DNA of 63,908 bases, filler included, from Basidioascus undulatus (lineage: Eukaryota): the NCBI GenBank assembly GCA_000826855.1. It is 19 parts of 19 records of this genome, joined end to end, with 100 filler letters (N's around TTAATTAATTAA, not from the genome) between each part and the next. Parts side by side here need not be neighbours in the genome. Positions count along the whole stretch, not along the records: positions 16,081 to 38,827 come from JTLS01000288.1; positions 38,928 to 41,097 come from JTLS01002879.1; positions 41,198 to 43,391 come from JTLS01002880.1; positions 43,492 to 45,680 come from JTLS01002881.1; positions 45,781 to 47,968 come from JTLS01002882.1; positions 48,069 to 50,253 come from JTLS01002883.1; positions 50,354 to 52,537 come from JTLS01002884.1; 12 more parts are not named here. One strand, given 5' to 3'. Positions within the stretch are counted from its first letter, which is position 1. Every line of letters begins with the position of its first letter. Made by a program: the position numbers and the translations under genes. Positions 36,368-50,639 of the stretch are shown here, in pieces. The notes below the pieces were generated by a model. That model made no database searches. It was not told the DNA's origin and worked only from the letters and a program-made list of their open reading frames with translations.

Positions 36368-37463
36368 TCAGCTCGAGCTCACAGGAAGGGGTTCGCTTTT
36401 CACCACTGCTGGCCGGCCATCAGCCCACTCTAAGTTCACCATGATCATTCGACGCACCTTCTTGTGTTTTAGCCAGTCCTCGCGCTGATGTGCCACTGAG
36501 CAATACGCTGCACCCGCGCAACGCTGGCACATCGAGTTGCAATGTGCACCGCAAACCTCGCACCACCGCGGTTGATGGATCCTCATATCGTCCAACTCAT
36601 CGCACATCCTCTCCTGACTCCTTCAAAAGAGGGCGGTAATACTTTGGGACTGCCCGGGGCGAGTGGAATGGCACGTCTGAGAAGCTCAAGATGTGAGGCG
36701 CGTGGCTTGCGCAAGCGGGCACTGCGGACCAGCGCACGCAAAAGATCGTCAGGAGGCGGAGGAGACGTGAGCCGATTGCGACTGAACGTGAGCCATGTTT
36801 CATCCGACGAGCCTGTCCAGAAAATCATGAAACGACGCATGCGAGCGTCGAAGGTGAGGGAGGCCCATGCTGATAGCGATGCGGTTCTGATCGGGATTGT
36901 AAGGTTGCAGACGGCCCTCGGTGGGCATAGCGCCGTAATGGTCCCATCTGCTGAAATCAAGCACGTAGTACGCGGGATTCACCTGCGAGATCCGATGTCG
37001 AGGATCAGGGGGGAGGCGGAAGTGATCGTGCCCAGCTCAGTTAGCGATGTCCTCCTCAATCGCGGGCAACAGCGCTCTCCATCGATTCATCTACAGGAGC
37101 TTCGATATTTCTCACTGCCAGAGTACGAGCATCTCGGGCCGCTGCTGCGACGGATTGTCGTTCTGAGAGAAGAGGCCGTCAAACTCGAACAGGTCCATGG
37201 TGGTTGCCTGTCGAACGACGAGTACTTGATCGAGCCAGTGAATGATGATGATGATCTCGTCCAACTCAAGATCCTGCAAAAGCAGCCGAAGGACACCTTC
37301 CGAACGGTCGAGCAGCGCAGCGCAGCACTGGTCTACCTCAAAGCTATCGGGCACCGGGAATTATGCCTACGGCGCCATCCATGTCGTGCGGAATGGCGAG
37401 GAAAGGTTCACCGGTGAGCGGGTCGCTCTTGTCGATGGTCTGACGAGCAAAGCGAAGAGGCAT
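36368..37463 (-). pseudogene. MYND zinc-finger protein pseudogene
   Basis: C-terminal CEVCGAHCNSMCQRCAGAAYCSVAHQREDWLKHKKVR (last Cys replaced by Arg); upstream frames from MPLRF at 37463 are broken by frameshifts and stops. Confidence 0.75.
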
Positions 37464-37780
37464 GGCAGGGTTTGAAGAGGCGGTGACGAAGATAAGCTGG
37501 GAGGTGATGATCGTGCTGGGAAGAGCAGGGGAAGAATGTAAAGTAGCCGCAGTGCCCTGCCCGGTTTTCTTGGCAAAGTAATACCCCAAAAGGCCAACTC
37601 GTACGGAGGAAATTTATAACGGAATTTATTTCTGAAAATCCCCCATTCATATTGGGGGAGTCTCCATACACACAACCGTGTCCCAAAATCTTGAGGCTCG
37701 TATCGAGCGACGGTTCAGACGTGACTGGCCGCAGACAGACACAAGCAAATAAAGCCATATCGCACAGCAACCCATTCCCA

Positions 37781-38827
37781 CTAGCGATGTCCGTGCCCGT
37801 GCTCGTCCTCGTCCTCATCCCTGAGAGTGACGAGGATCGCGCGCGCGAGCTCGCCATCGGGCCCAACCTCCGCCGCGAACACCGGGCCGAGCACATCGTC
37901 AAGGTCGATATCGGCGGGGGAGAGCGTCGGGTCCGGCATGGGCAGGAGGGAGCGCACGTTATCCTTAAAAGGCCGTCCCATCAGATTGAAAGAGAGTCAG
38001 TTTGGCGCATGCGCAACATGTGAGATGTGAGCATAGACGGGAGGTAGGAAGAAGGACGCACGAGTACGACGTCGATGACTTCCCTCCTCGCTTCCTCGTT
38101 CTCCAGGCCTTCCACCGCCTCCCCGACGCTCCGCACGCCCGTATCCCGGATGAGCGCCTTGAGCGCCGCGCCGCGTCCAACCGCCACGAGACCCAGCACC
38201 GCGCCGACGCGTGTGCCCGCCGTCTCGCCCGGCGCGCCGCCTGCCCCACCGCCACGAAGCGCTTTGAGCAGCGTCTTGGTGACGCGCCCAGCGAGGGACG
38301 GGTAGCTGTCCCGGAATTGTTGAAGGAGGGAGGAGAGGAGGGAGGCGGAGTGGGTGCGGAGGGAAAGGGACGCGGGGGACGGGGGCGCGGGGAGAGAGGA
38401 GGTCAGGAGAGTTGTGAGGAGGAGAGGGAGCAGTTGGTGTAGCTGCAGAGACAAAACCAGATCAGTTTGAAGACAAAAAGAGGATGGACCGCGCGGGGCA
38501 ACAGCGGGACGCACGTAAGGTTCCACGAAGAGCGTTTCGTTCTGCACGAGCGCTCCGACGACGCCCACCATCCCTTCGAGAACGTTCAAGTCTCGCAGGT
38601 TCGCCGCAACCTGCTCTCCCGCGAAGCGGACAAGATACGGCACAAGCCCTCCAAGGCCCGGATCGCCGCGGAGGGACGCAAGCGCCGCGTCGCGCGCACC
38701 GGGTGCGGAGGAGAGTAGCGCGGACGTGAGGCGGGTGTAGTAGAGCTGCAGCTCGTGCGAGAGGAGATGCTTCACTGGCGGGTGAAGCGTCGGCGCGCCC
38801 GCCGCCGCGGAAGTCGCGGATGCGGCC
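37781..38827 (-). CDS. TAF6: TFIID/SAGA subunit Taf6, C-terminal HEAT region, 5'-truncated
   Basis: PVKHLLSHELQLYYTRL, AALASLRGDPGLGGLVPYLVRF, NETLFVEPY|LHQLLP, SYPSLAGRVTKTLLKAL. Confidence 0.92.
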
Positions 38828-39016
38828 NNNNNNNNNNNNNNNNNNNNNNNNNNNNNNNNNNNNNNNNNNNNTTAATTAATTAANNNNNNNNNNNNNNNNN
38901 NNNNNNNNNNNNNNNNNNNNNNNNNNNGGGGAAGAGTCGTCGTCGGAGTGGGGAGGAAGATGGTGTGGTGGGTTAACAGCTGTCCCTAGGGGAGTGGGGA
39001 TGGGAATGAAGGCTTA

Positions 39017-39312
39017 CCACGAGCAATGAGCTCCTGCACGACCTCAAAGTGGCTGCCCTTTGCCGCAACACCCAGCACAGTCACACCCGCGTCGTCTGTG
39101 CGTCCCAATCCCAGCCAATCCGTCCCGGCATCAGCACACTCTCTCCTTCTCCCTCTCTCCTTCCTCGCCTCCCCTCCTCATCCTTCTCCCCTGTCCTCCG
39201 ACTGACCTCTGTCTTCCGCCCACGCCTCCGCAACATTCCCCTCCTCAAACGCCTTGAGCACGCGGCCGACGTCCCCCTCGGCCGCAGCACTCCACAGTTC
39301 AGAGACCACCAT
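39017..39312 (-). CDS. Ankyrin-repeat protein, N-terminal exons, 3'-truncated
   Basis: MVVSELWSAAAEGDVGRVLKAF...|DDAGVTVLGVAAKGSHFEVVQELIAR. Confidence 0.7.
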
Positions 39313-40164
39313 AAGTATGAGCGTCTTCTGCGTCAGCGTCTGCGTCTGCTTCTGCACGCGTGTCGGGGCGAGGTGTGTAAGCTGAGCAAGGCACGAGTGA
39401 ACGAGCCGCACAGCGAGGGCGAGCGAGCAAGCGAGACGAGGAGAGCGAGCAAGAGAGCAAGGCAGGCAAGCCGGTTTGCAGTCACGAGGAAATGAAAATG
39501 CGTGCAACTTGCCCGACAGCAGGTTTTTTCCAGCGCGCGCGCGTCCCCGCCCGAAGGCCGTCGAAGGCTCGCTCGCGTCTTTGCTTCCGCACCTCGCTCG
39601 GTGCCTGCTCACCCAGTTTCTGCGCTGGTTCCCCACAGCTCATTTCAATGCTTCATGGCACTAAGCATAAAATACAGATCAAATAATTGTAGGAGAGTTG
39701 AGGAGCGGTATGGCTAGCAAAGCTCAAAGCCTCTGCAGACGGCCGTCATCGTCATCACACTGCTCCGAGCAAACTGGCGGCCGGAAGTTGGCCCCAGTCG
39801 GGTGCCCGTTGCGAACCCGGCGCAGTGAACATGCAGTGCTGAGCAGAAAAACCGCATTGCGGAGTTCGGCTCGGCCTAACACTTCCTCATCCGCAACGCC
39901 CAAGCAAAGCCAGCGTAAAGTCAAAGCAGAGTCGAGTCCAAGTGAATGCAGCGCCTACCAAACACCGCGCGGGAAATCTAAGCATCGCTACCTCGGATGT
40001 AATTATGCGGCGACAGGGGGGGAGAGGTATACAGCTCCGTCCGTGAATGGATGGGTGTGGGCCGCCCAAGTGAGGCAGTTGGAGGACGACGTTGGCGGAA
40101 GGCGGAAGGGCGGGAAGAGAGGAAGGGAAGGAAGGCAGAAGGGTAGGAGGGGAAGAGGGAGCGT

Positions 40165-41097
40165 TTAAGTGACGAGGATGAAGAGGAGGAACTGTGGCCG
40201 CGGTGCCGTCAGCCAAAAAATCCAGCACGAAATGAATTTCAAACTCACGAAGATAATCAACACCCCGAAAATCTATCGTCCCCAACGCACACCCGCACAG
40301 TCCCAACCCGACCGTCAGCTCTCTCATCCCCTCCTCTTCCCCCACCCCTCGCACGCACCTTGAGCATCAACCACCTGTTACTTGACACGCTGGCATAGTA
40401 CTTGAGCAGTTCCCTCTGCGCGCCCGAGACGTTGTCTGCGATGTCGTGCACGTCGGCGTCGATGCGCTGCACCGTCTCGCCCTGCTGCGCGACCATCGTG
40501 GCCAGCTGCTGGAAGATCCCGCCGAGCTCGGCGATCGTGCTCTCAATGGACTCGATCGCGGTGGAGCGGGAGGCGATGTAGGAGTCCTGAGGGGGAGCAG
40601 GGACACCCGGGGGGTGTTCGTCAGTCCGGTTAGGGGGAGAGAAGGCGGGATGGAAGAAGGTGGTAGGTGGAGGGAGGAGGGACGGAGGGAAGGAGATGGC
40701 AGCAGGGAGCAAGCGAAGGAGGAACGAAGTGTGGAATGCGAAAGGGGAGGGGGCAAAGGAAAGAATCGGAAACCCGACGCACATGCTGCTCAACCAACTC
40801 CATCTGCATCATTGCCCCTCCCCCTCCGCCATTCGCCATCCCGCCCCCCACACTCCCACTCTCCAGATCCAGCGCAAGGAAGTCGTTCCCCCCTCCCCCC
40901 GCTCCTGCCCCCGCGCCCATTCCCGCGCGGCCCTTGCCCTTCCCGGAGCCGTCGGGCGCGGCGGAGTGGGGCCGTTGCGGGGCGTAGAGGGGATTATCTG
41001 GTGGGAGGGGGTGTGAGACTGGGGGAAGAAGAAGGTTGGGGGAAGGGGAGAGAAGGGGGGAGAAGAAGAGCTTGCGGATAGAAGGATGACTGTCGAG
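40165..41097 (-). CDS. SED5: cis-Golgi t-SNARE syntaxin Sed5, C-terminal part
   Basis: QMELVEQH|DSYIASRSTAIESIESTIAELGGIFQQLATMVAQQGETVQRID...SSNRWLMLK|IFGVLIIF|FLLFILVT*. Confidence 0.94.
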
Positions 41098-41219
41098 NNN
41101 NNNNNNNNNNNNNNNNNNNNNNNNNNNNNNNNNNNNNNNNNTTAATTAATTAANNNNNNNNNNNNNNNNNNNNNNNNNNNNNNNNNNNNNNNNNNNNGGG
41201 TGGGGGGGCCGGAGGGAGG

Positions 41220-42454
41220 GGAGCGAAGACGGAAGGACGGACCGGAAGTGATTCCATCCTAGGATGCTTCAGTGCGAGAGAAAACGCGATGTCAGCTACC
41301 CGCACAGCACTATCGCGCTCATTGAGGATAAGGACTCACGTTTCCTGACAAGACCCCAAGTACTCTATTCACCCGCCATCTCCCCAATCAGTACCCCACC
41401 TTTCCTCCACCCAACACGCCCATAACAAAGACGTACGATCCCCATAGTTATACCGCATCACAGCCGTCTGGTTTACTGTCCCACCCAACGCCCAGCGCAC
41501 CCCGATCAGCCACCCCCCGAGCGAGCAGGCAAGGAAAGGAATGGAAGGAGGGAAACGCACCCTGCCCCCGCCCGTCTCCTAGGTTTGCAGCGTGCTTCTG
41601 CCCGCTGCTCTGTCCCAAGCACTCTCCAGAAACTACCACCACCCCACATCAGTCCTGCTTGTTCTGCGAGTCTGGGCCGGGGAGGAGAACGACGGACAAT
41701 TGATAGACCTGCGGGTTGGGCAAGGCGTGAGTTCCGAGGGTAGGAAGAGGGCAAGGCAGAGGAAGGACGGGTGAAGCGGCAGGAGGAAGAACGGAGGGGA
41801 GGGTGATGGAGGGAAGGAGTATGGGGATGGGGATGGGGATGGGTATGGGTATGGGTATGGGTATGGGAAGACGGGAACAGAGACGGACCACCAGAAGTTC
41901 TGCATCCCGCCCTTGAGCTCCGAGTCCTTGAGGACGTCCGGGTCCGAATTGCCAGAGATGATCACGTTGAGAGGTTCGCCGAGCCTTTATCCCACCACCC
42001 ACCATCCTCCATCAGCGCGTGCTAGCCCACCACTTAGTCTCCGAGGTGGCTTCCACTGACCCTCGCGGATACGTCCCCGGTACGAACTACCATCCGACGG
42101 CGAGGGCAGGTCAGCGATGGGGACGCATTCGGTGACCGGCGGGGGTGGCATGATGCGTCGGGGAAGGGGCACAGGGAAGGGAGGAAGACAACGCACATCA
42201 AGCATCCTCCCACCCGCATCCGCAGGGTTCTTAAATCCCAGATAATCCCAGCGGTTGCCTGCCGTCGTATCATAGCTGTACGTCGTCGTCTCCACCTGCT
42301 CCTCCTGCCTCCTGTGTAGCGCGGGGGTGGACCGCGGATTGGGTGCGGGGGTGATGGATGGTGGTGACGCTGGTGACGGTGCGTTGGGGGAGGGGGGGGA
42401 GAGCGCGACCAGCGAGGGCGCGAGGAAGGGGAGGAGGAGGAGCGGGCGGGGCAT
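41220..42454 (-). CDS. Conserved fungal secreted protein of unknown function, 3'-truncated, multi-exon
   Basis: Signal peptide MPRPLLLLPFLAPSLVA, Kex2-like HRR, GGRMLD, GLGEPLNVIISGNSDPDVL, GECLGQ...AANLGDGRG, VNQTAVMRYNYGD, LGSCQET. Confidence 0.78.
41820..41866. repeat. Hexanucleotide microsatellite (GGGGAT/GGGTAT)n in an intron
   Basis: About 8 tandem units visible. Confidence 0.85.
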
Positions 42455-43491
42455 TGAGGAAGATCGGGGAGGAGCAGCGCCGGGCTGGCGGGATGGGGAG
42501 GCGCGCGTGCGGGATGGGGAGGATGGCAAGGATAACGGGGAGTGCGCTGATACTGATGAGAGAGTGCTCAAGAACGGTACGGCGAGGAGGAGGAGTTGAT
42601 GAGGATGATAAGGATGAGAGAGCGAGGAGCAGGAGGAGCAAGCCCAAGGCCAAGGCTCTAGGCCCGAGCCCTACACAAGTCGCCCAGCCACCAACGACAG
42701 CCTTGCCGCCTGCCGCGCTCTTTCTCTTTGTCTTGTCCTCTTGCCTCGCAAATACTGCGCTTCTCCCATTTCCCATTGTCTGCTCAAATCACTCATGAGA
42801 AACTTTGTATTGGTGCATTGAAAGGGGACGAGCGGGGAGAAATGGATTGAGTTTGCCGAGGGTGTAGAAAATGCGTCGATCGGCGATGAGGCTCAGGGAA
42901 ACAAGCTGCTGCTAGTTGTTCAGCTGGTCATCGAAGTATAAGAGGCTGCTCGGACTGGGCTGTGAAAGTGCTCGGCCACAGTTTAGGCTACGTGGATGTT
43001 GAAGAGATTTGGATTCTGCGATCTTGCGCGTAGGTGCCAAGGCCGGGCAAGAATGTGTGAGTGAGGGAGGTACATTCAACGTGAGAGTGCCCTCAGCTTG
43101 GCGACCTGCGCGAGCCTGCGCAGACTGTGCATTACGTCTGACGATGAACTAAAGAGCTACCTCACACCGCTATCATACGCTCCTGTTGAAGCAAGGGCGG
43201 CAGCGAGGCACAGGGGACTCGGTGATCTCGCAACCGTACCCTGTGCTGCTGCACCTTGAAAAGTTCTGCGGCTTGATGATCGCCGAAGAGTCTGGCTTTC
43301 CACAACTGTCCAACCATGTCCAACCACTTTCCTTTCGGGCCCGTGTAGAGGCAGAGGGAGGAGGATGGCTACCAAGGCTCAGATGGAGCGCNNNNNNNNN
43401 NNNNNNNNNNNNNNNNNNNNNNNNNNNNNNNNNNNTTAATTAATTAANNNNNNNNNNNNNNNNNNNNNNNNNNNNNNNNNNNNNNNNNNNN

Positions 43492-45680
<2,189 letters not shown>

Positions 45681-45831
45681 NNNNNNNNNNNNNNNNNNNN
45701 NNNNNNNNNNNNNNNNNNNNNNNNTTAATTAATTAANNNNNNNNNNNNNNNNNNNNNNNNNNNNNNNNNNNNNNNNNNNNCTCTAACCCCCCCTGCGGCG
45801 TACCTCTTGCAGACTGCATCTTCTCTAACTT

Positions 45832-47968
45832 ATTAGTCGGTACTCCCCCTACCGGCTCCTCCGAACCAAAGCTCGTCATCCTCGACCTCAACGGCACGCT
45901 CGTCCGTCGCGCCGCGTACTCCGCCGCGAGTGCGCGGACGCGCTCGCACGCGCCGACGCCGCGTCCTGGGCTTGGGGCGTTTGTGCGGTACCTGCTGGAG
46001 GGCGGGCGGTGGGATACTATGGGTGCGTTGAGGGGGAGCTGAGAGGAGAGGAAGCGGAGGAGTGGTGCTGAGATGGTTGGGTGCGGGTTCAGTGTACAGC
46101 TCGGCCACGCCGAACAATGTGCATGCTATGCTTGACGCGATTCTTTCGCCAAGGCAGAAGGAGAGCCTCCTTGCTGTGTGGGCGCGGGACAGGCTCAACC
46201 TCCCTCCGTCGCAGTATCGTGCGTCTTCCTCGTTCCCCTCCCTCTCACCTGCTCTCCCCTCCTCCTCGCATTCTTTCCCTCCCTTCCTCGCTTGTCCTGA
46301 CAATCCCCGTCCATCATGCATGAACACAACCAGACGCCAAAGTCCTAACGCTCAAAGACCTCGCACCAATCTGGCGGACCTTCCCCGCGCACTCCGCGCA
46401 GAGCACAATCCTTCTCGACGATTCCCCCGCGAAAGCCGCCCTGCATCCCTGGAACCACCTCGTCCTCTCCGAGTTCACCCCTCCTGGTCCTCCATTCACC
46501 TCACCCACCTCCGCCCCCGCCCCCTCCGCCACCGACAGCGTCCTCTTCGCAGCCATCGGCGTGCTCGACCGCCTTCGCGCGGAATCCAGCGTGCCAGGTT
46601 GGTTCGCGGCGGGGGGTCTAACGCGCGAGCCGGAGGAGGGGGAGGGGTGGGACCGCGCTGCCGCTCCCTCCCCTCCGACAGACACTCACACTCCCGAGCC
46701 GCCCACCCTGCCGCCGCAGCCGTGGTACGACCACCCCGGAGCGCTCGAGTACTGGACCGCCCGCGGGCGGACGGTCCTCCGCGAGCTTGGGATACCGGAG
46801 GACGAGCCTGCCCCCCCGCTGAGGGGGAAGAAACGCAAGCGCGCGGAGGCAGGGCAGAAGGCCGCGGCGCTAGCGCTTGTGGGGGTTGGAGCGGCTGCGG
46901 CGGACGGGGAGGAGGAGGAGAAGGCGGCCGCGCCCGCTGAGGAGGAGCGCCCGAAGAAGAAGTTGAAGAAGAAGCAGCTCCGCGCCCTCGCGGCCGCTGC
47001 GGCCGAGGCCTCCGGGTTGCCCGCGCCCGTGCCGCTCGACGCCCTGCAGGTTCCGCCGAGGGAGAAGAAGCTCCGGAAGAAGGAGAGGGCTCGCGCCGCA
47101 GCCGCTGCCGACCCGGACCCGCCGAAGAAGGAGCACAAGACGAAGAAGGCCTGCGTCCTCGCTGCCGAGGCGCCCGCTCCCCCGCCCGCACCTCCACCTG
47201 CGGCGGAGGAGCCCCCAAAAAAGAAGCGCAAACCTCGCCACTCGCGCGCAAAAACCGAAGCCGAAGCCGCCGCTGCCCAGGACGGCGACGACTCCGGTCC
47301 CGCACCCGCACCCTGTTCCCTCGCCACCTCCGGCCCCGCCGAAGCCGATGCGCCCCCGCCCAAGAAGCTCAAGAAGAAGCATCTCCGCGCCCTCGCAGCC
47401 GCCGCCGAGGCTCAGGCGGACCCCACCTCTTGCCTTTCCGCCTCGACCGCCGCTCCCGCCGTCGCCGACGCACCGCCCCCTCCGAGGGAAAAGAAGAAGC
47501 ACAAGCAGAAGGAGCTCGCGCAGGCTGCCGCCGGAGCGGGCGCGTCTTCCTCTGCTCCTGCTCCGGTGGGCCCCGACGTCCCCGCCGAGCTGAAGGCTCT
47601 GAAGAAGGAGAGGAAGCGCAAGAAGAGGCAGGCCGCTGCCGCCGCTGCTCCTCTCCCCGCGAAGCGCCCCCGCTCCGCCTCCCTCACCTCCACCACCGCC
47701 TCCGTCCCCGAGCCAGCCTCCAAAAAGCCCAAGCGCGCCTCTCCTCCTCCCCCCGCGCGCCCCCCCAAGGTCGTCTGGCGTAACGGCAAGCGGCTCGACC
47801 GCCCAACGGGGGATATCGTCCTCCGGTTCCGGCCCCCTTCCTCCTCCCATCCCAGCGCAGCGAACCCGGGCGAAGAGGGGAGGGAGCCGGTGCTCGGGTC
47901 GGACGGGAAGCTGACGCGTGCGGGGGTGAGGAGGCTGTGGGAGGGGGTGATGAGGAGCGAGGGCGGGG
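45832..47968 (+). CDS. FCP1/NIF-like HAD-fold protein with a long Lys/Ala/Pro-rich tail, truncated at both ends
   Basis: PKLVILDLNGTLV, RPGLGAFVRYL, VYSSATPNNVHAML, AVWARDRL, KDLAPIW, TILLDDSPAKAALHPWNH. Confidence 0.82.
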
Positions 47969-48068
47969 NNNNNNNNNNNNNNNNNNNNNNNNNNNNNNNN
48001 NNNNNNNNNNNNTTAATTAATTAANNNNNNNNNNNNNNNNNNNNNNNNNNNNNNNNNNNNNNNNNNNN

Positions 48069-50253
48069 CCCGCATCTGCGATCTTTCCCCGCCCCACGTC
48101 GCAAAGCTCATCACCGCCCTCGCCCTCACCGCCCGCATCTCGCTCCGCGCCTCGGCGCTCTTCATCGAGGCCATCCTCGAGACCGCAAAATACTCGACTT
48201 CGACCGGGCTGGGACTCACGCGCAGAGCGCTCATCAGCGCCGTCGGCACGGCGAGGGGGATGTACTATGCGAAGGAGGGGCTGGATTGGCATGGCCATGG
48301 CGGCGAGGCGACGAGGTGAGTAGGGAAACTGTCCCGGGCCTCGGATTGTGGCACGAGGGTGGTGGTTTGTCCGAAATGCGAAACTGAACGACGGGCTTGC
48401 TTGACAGTGATGCTTTCCTGCGCGTCCTGGACAAATATACCAATCTTGGTGCGTGCCTGTTTTCCGTCTGCTCAACGCTGCAGCTGACCTTTCAACTACC
48501 CGATCCAGGCATCTATGTGCGTCCGCACACCGGGTTGCGGCTGGACTAGCCCGCGGACGAGATGCTGACTCCACGCCGCCCCCCCAGATGATTCACCACA
48601 CCTTCACCCTCGCCGAGCTCTTCTCCCAGGCCGGCTTCTACCTCACCTCCACCTCCATTTCGTCCTCGCTCGGTGCTGCCGAGGAGTCCGTTCGCATCCT
48701 GGATGGGATTTTCGGCTCCAACGAGGTCAGCTTCCTCTGCAACATGTCCTCCTGTCCGTCACTTACTGAGGCTCATACACACGCATCTCCTCCTTCCTCC
48801 AGACCTCCCGCGCCCTCTCGGCCATCATCACCCTCATTTCCTCCGAAATCGCGCCTCCGTCCGGCGCCGGCCGCATCGGCTGGGCCGCAGCGCTGACGAA
48901 AGCGCTCACGGCATTCGCGTGCTTGCAGAACGCGACGCACCGGCGCACGGTCGAGGGACAGGGCATGAACGTCGTCTGGGACTGCGTGGTCGTCGCTGAG
49001 GAGGTCCGCGAGGAGGTCCGCGCGCGCAGGAGCAAGAACAACCACCACCACAACCATCACCGGAGCAGCGATGACGCGACGAACGGCTTCCTGCTCACGG
49101 ACATCCGCTCGGCGCTCGAGCACAAGCAGAGTCAGCAGCACCACCAGCACGACGACGCGCACGGGCACGGCCCCGGTCCGAGCAACGGCAGGCCGGCCTC
49201 GACCCACACTGTCCGCCCTTGCAGCATGGCCGAGACCGTTGCGGGCGACTCGCGCTCCTCCACGCCTACGCCGGAGGAGGAGCGCGACCTCCTCCAGGAG
49301 CTGTCGGACCTGGTCGGGCCGTCCGATTCGGGCTCCGAGTCGTCGGCCGACGACCTGCCGGAGGAGGTGCGCCGTGCGCTCGCGGGCGAGACGGTCTGGG
49401 AGATCACGACGGAGACGACTGAAACGACGACGATCCACGAGGAGACGACGCGGCCTGCGCTCGACCGCGCGCGGACGCGCTCCGCCCACGGGCTTCTACA
49501 GCGCGCGGCGCTCCAGCGCGAGCCGCATCTTGGCCCGTTGCCGCCCCCGACGATGCTGCAGAAGCCACAGCGGGAGCGTGAAGTGGTGGAGCAGCAGCTG
49601 TTGCCCGCGGACGCGGCAGCGGACTCGGGCGAATGGGTCGAGATCTCGCCGGAGGACTCGCCGCCACGGCTGTCCATCGCCTCGCAGACGTACGCCGACG
49701 CGCTCTACCACCCGCATGAGAACAAGGCCAAGCTCCAGACCGTCCTGCGCACCGTCACGAAGCGTCTCACGCAGCGCCGGATGGTCCGCAAACTCGAGGC
49801 GACGACGTCGACCATCTCCACCTCGTCCACTGCGAAGGGTGCATTACTTGGGATTGCCGGTCCGTCGACCCGCCCGGACGTGCGGGACGTCGTGTGGGGA
49901 GCAGCGGCAGCGTTGGAGGCGGTGGATGACCAAGCGCCGGCGCGCGCAGGCGGACGGAGGTCGACCTCGCGCAGGAGACCGTCATTCGGCGTGAGCACCA
50001 AGGTTCGCGCCGAGCGCTCGGTCAGCCCTGTCCCGTCCGGCAATGGTTTCAAGGGCGTGATGAGTCGGATGGGGCGGACGCTCACGCCCAAGGCGTCCCC
50101 CGACGGGAAGGGCAAGCGCAAGATCCGCTCGCAGCAGGCTTCACCGGCATCGGCGCCGCCGCCCCCGCCCGCGCTGCCTATACCGACCATCGAGGTCGAC
50201 CCCGCTTCGCCCGTCAAGCAGCAGCGCATGCTCCTCCCCATCAAGCCTCTCCC
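48069..50253 (+). CDS. N-terminal region of a large fungal lipase class 3-type protein (catalytic domain not in contig)
   Basis: LFIEAILETAKYSTSTGLGLTRRAL, LDKYTNLG|IY, IHHTFTLAELF, AAEESVRILDGIFGSNE|TSRALSAIITLI; family assignment from recall only. Confidence 0.6.
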
Positions 50254-50639
50254 NNNNNNNNNNNNNNNNNNNNNNNNNNNNNNNNNNNNNNNNNNNNTTA
50301 ATTAATTAANNNNNNNNNNNNNNNNNNNNNNNNNNNNNNNNNNNNNNNNNNNNCCCCCCCAGACTCGAACCCCAAATTCCTCACCCCCGCCCCCCCCCCC
50401 CCCCCCTCCCTTTCGTTCCCCACACACAATCACAAACAACCAGCCACACCAGAGGCGCTCCCTCACACAGTTCTAGAGCGAAAAGCGAAAAAGCGAAATG
50501 ATTGTTTTGCCCCAAATTTTTGTGCGCTAAGCCTTCCACCCCTCTCTCATGCGCCAAACCCCTCCCTCCTATCCAACATCCACCATCCCCAACTCTCCCC
50601 TCCCATCCCTCGTCCCTGATCCCAACCCCTAACCTCAAA

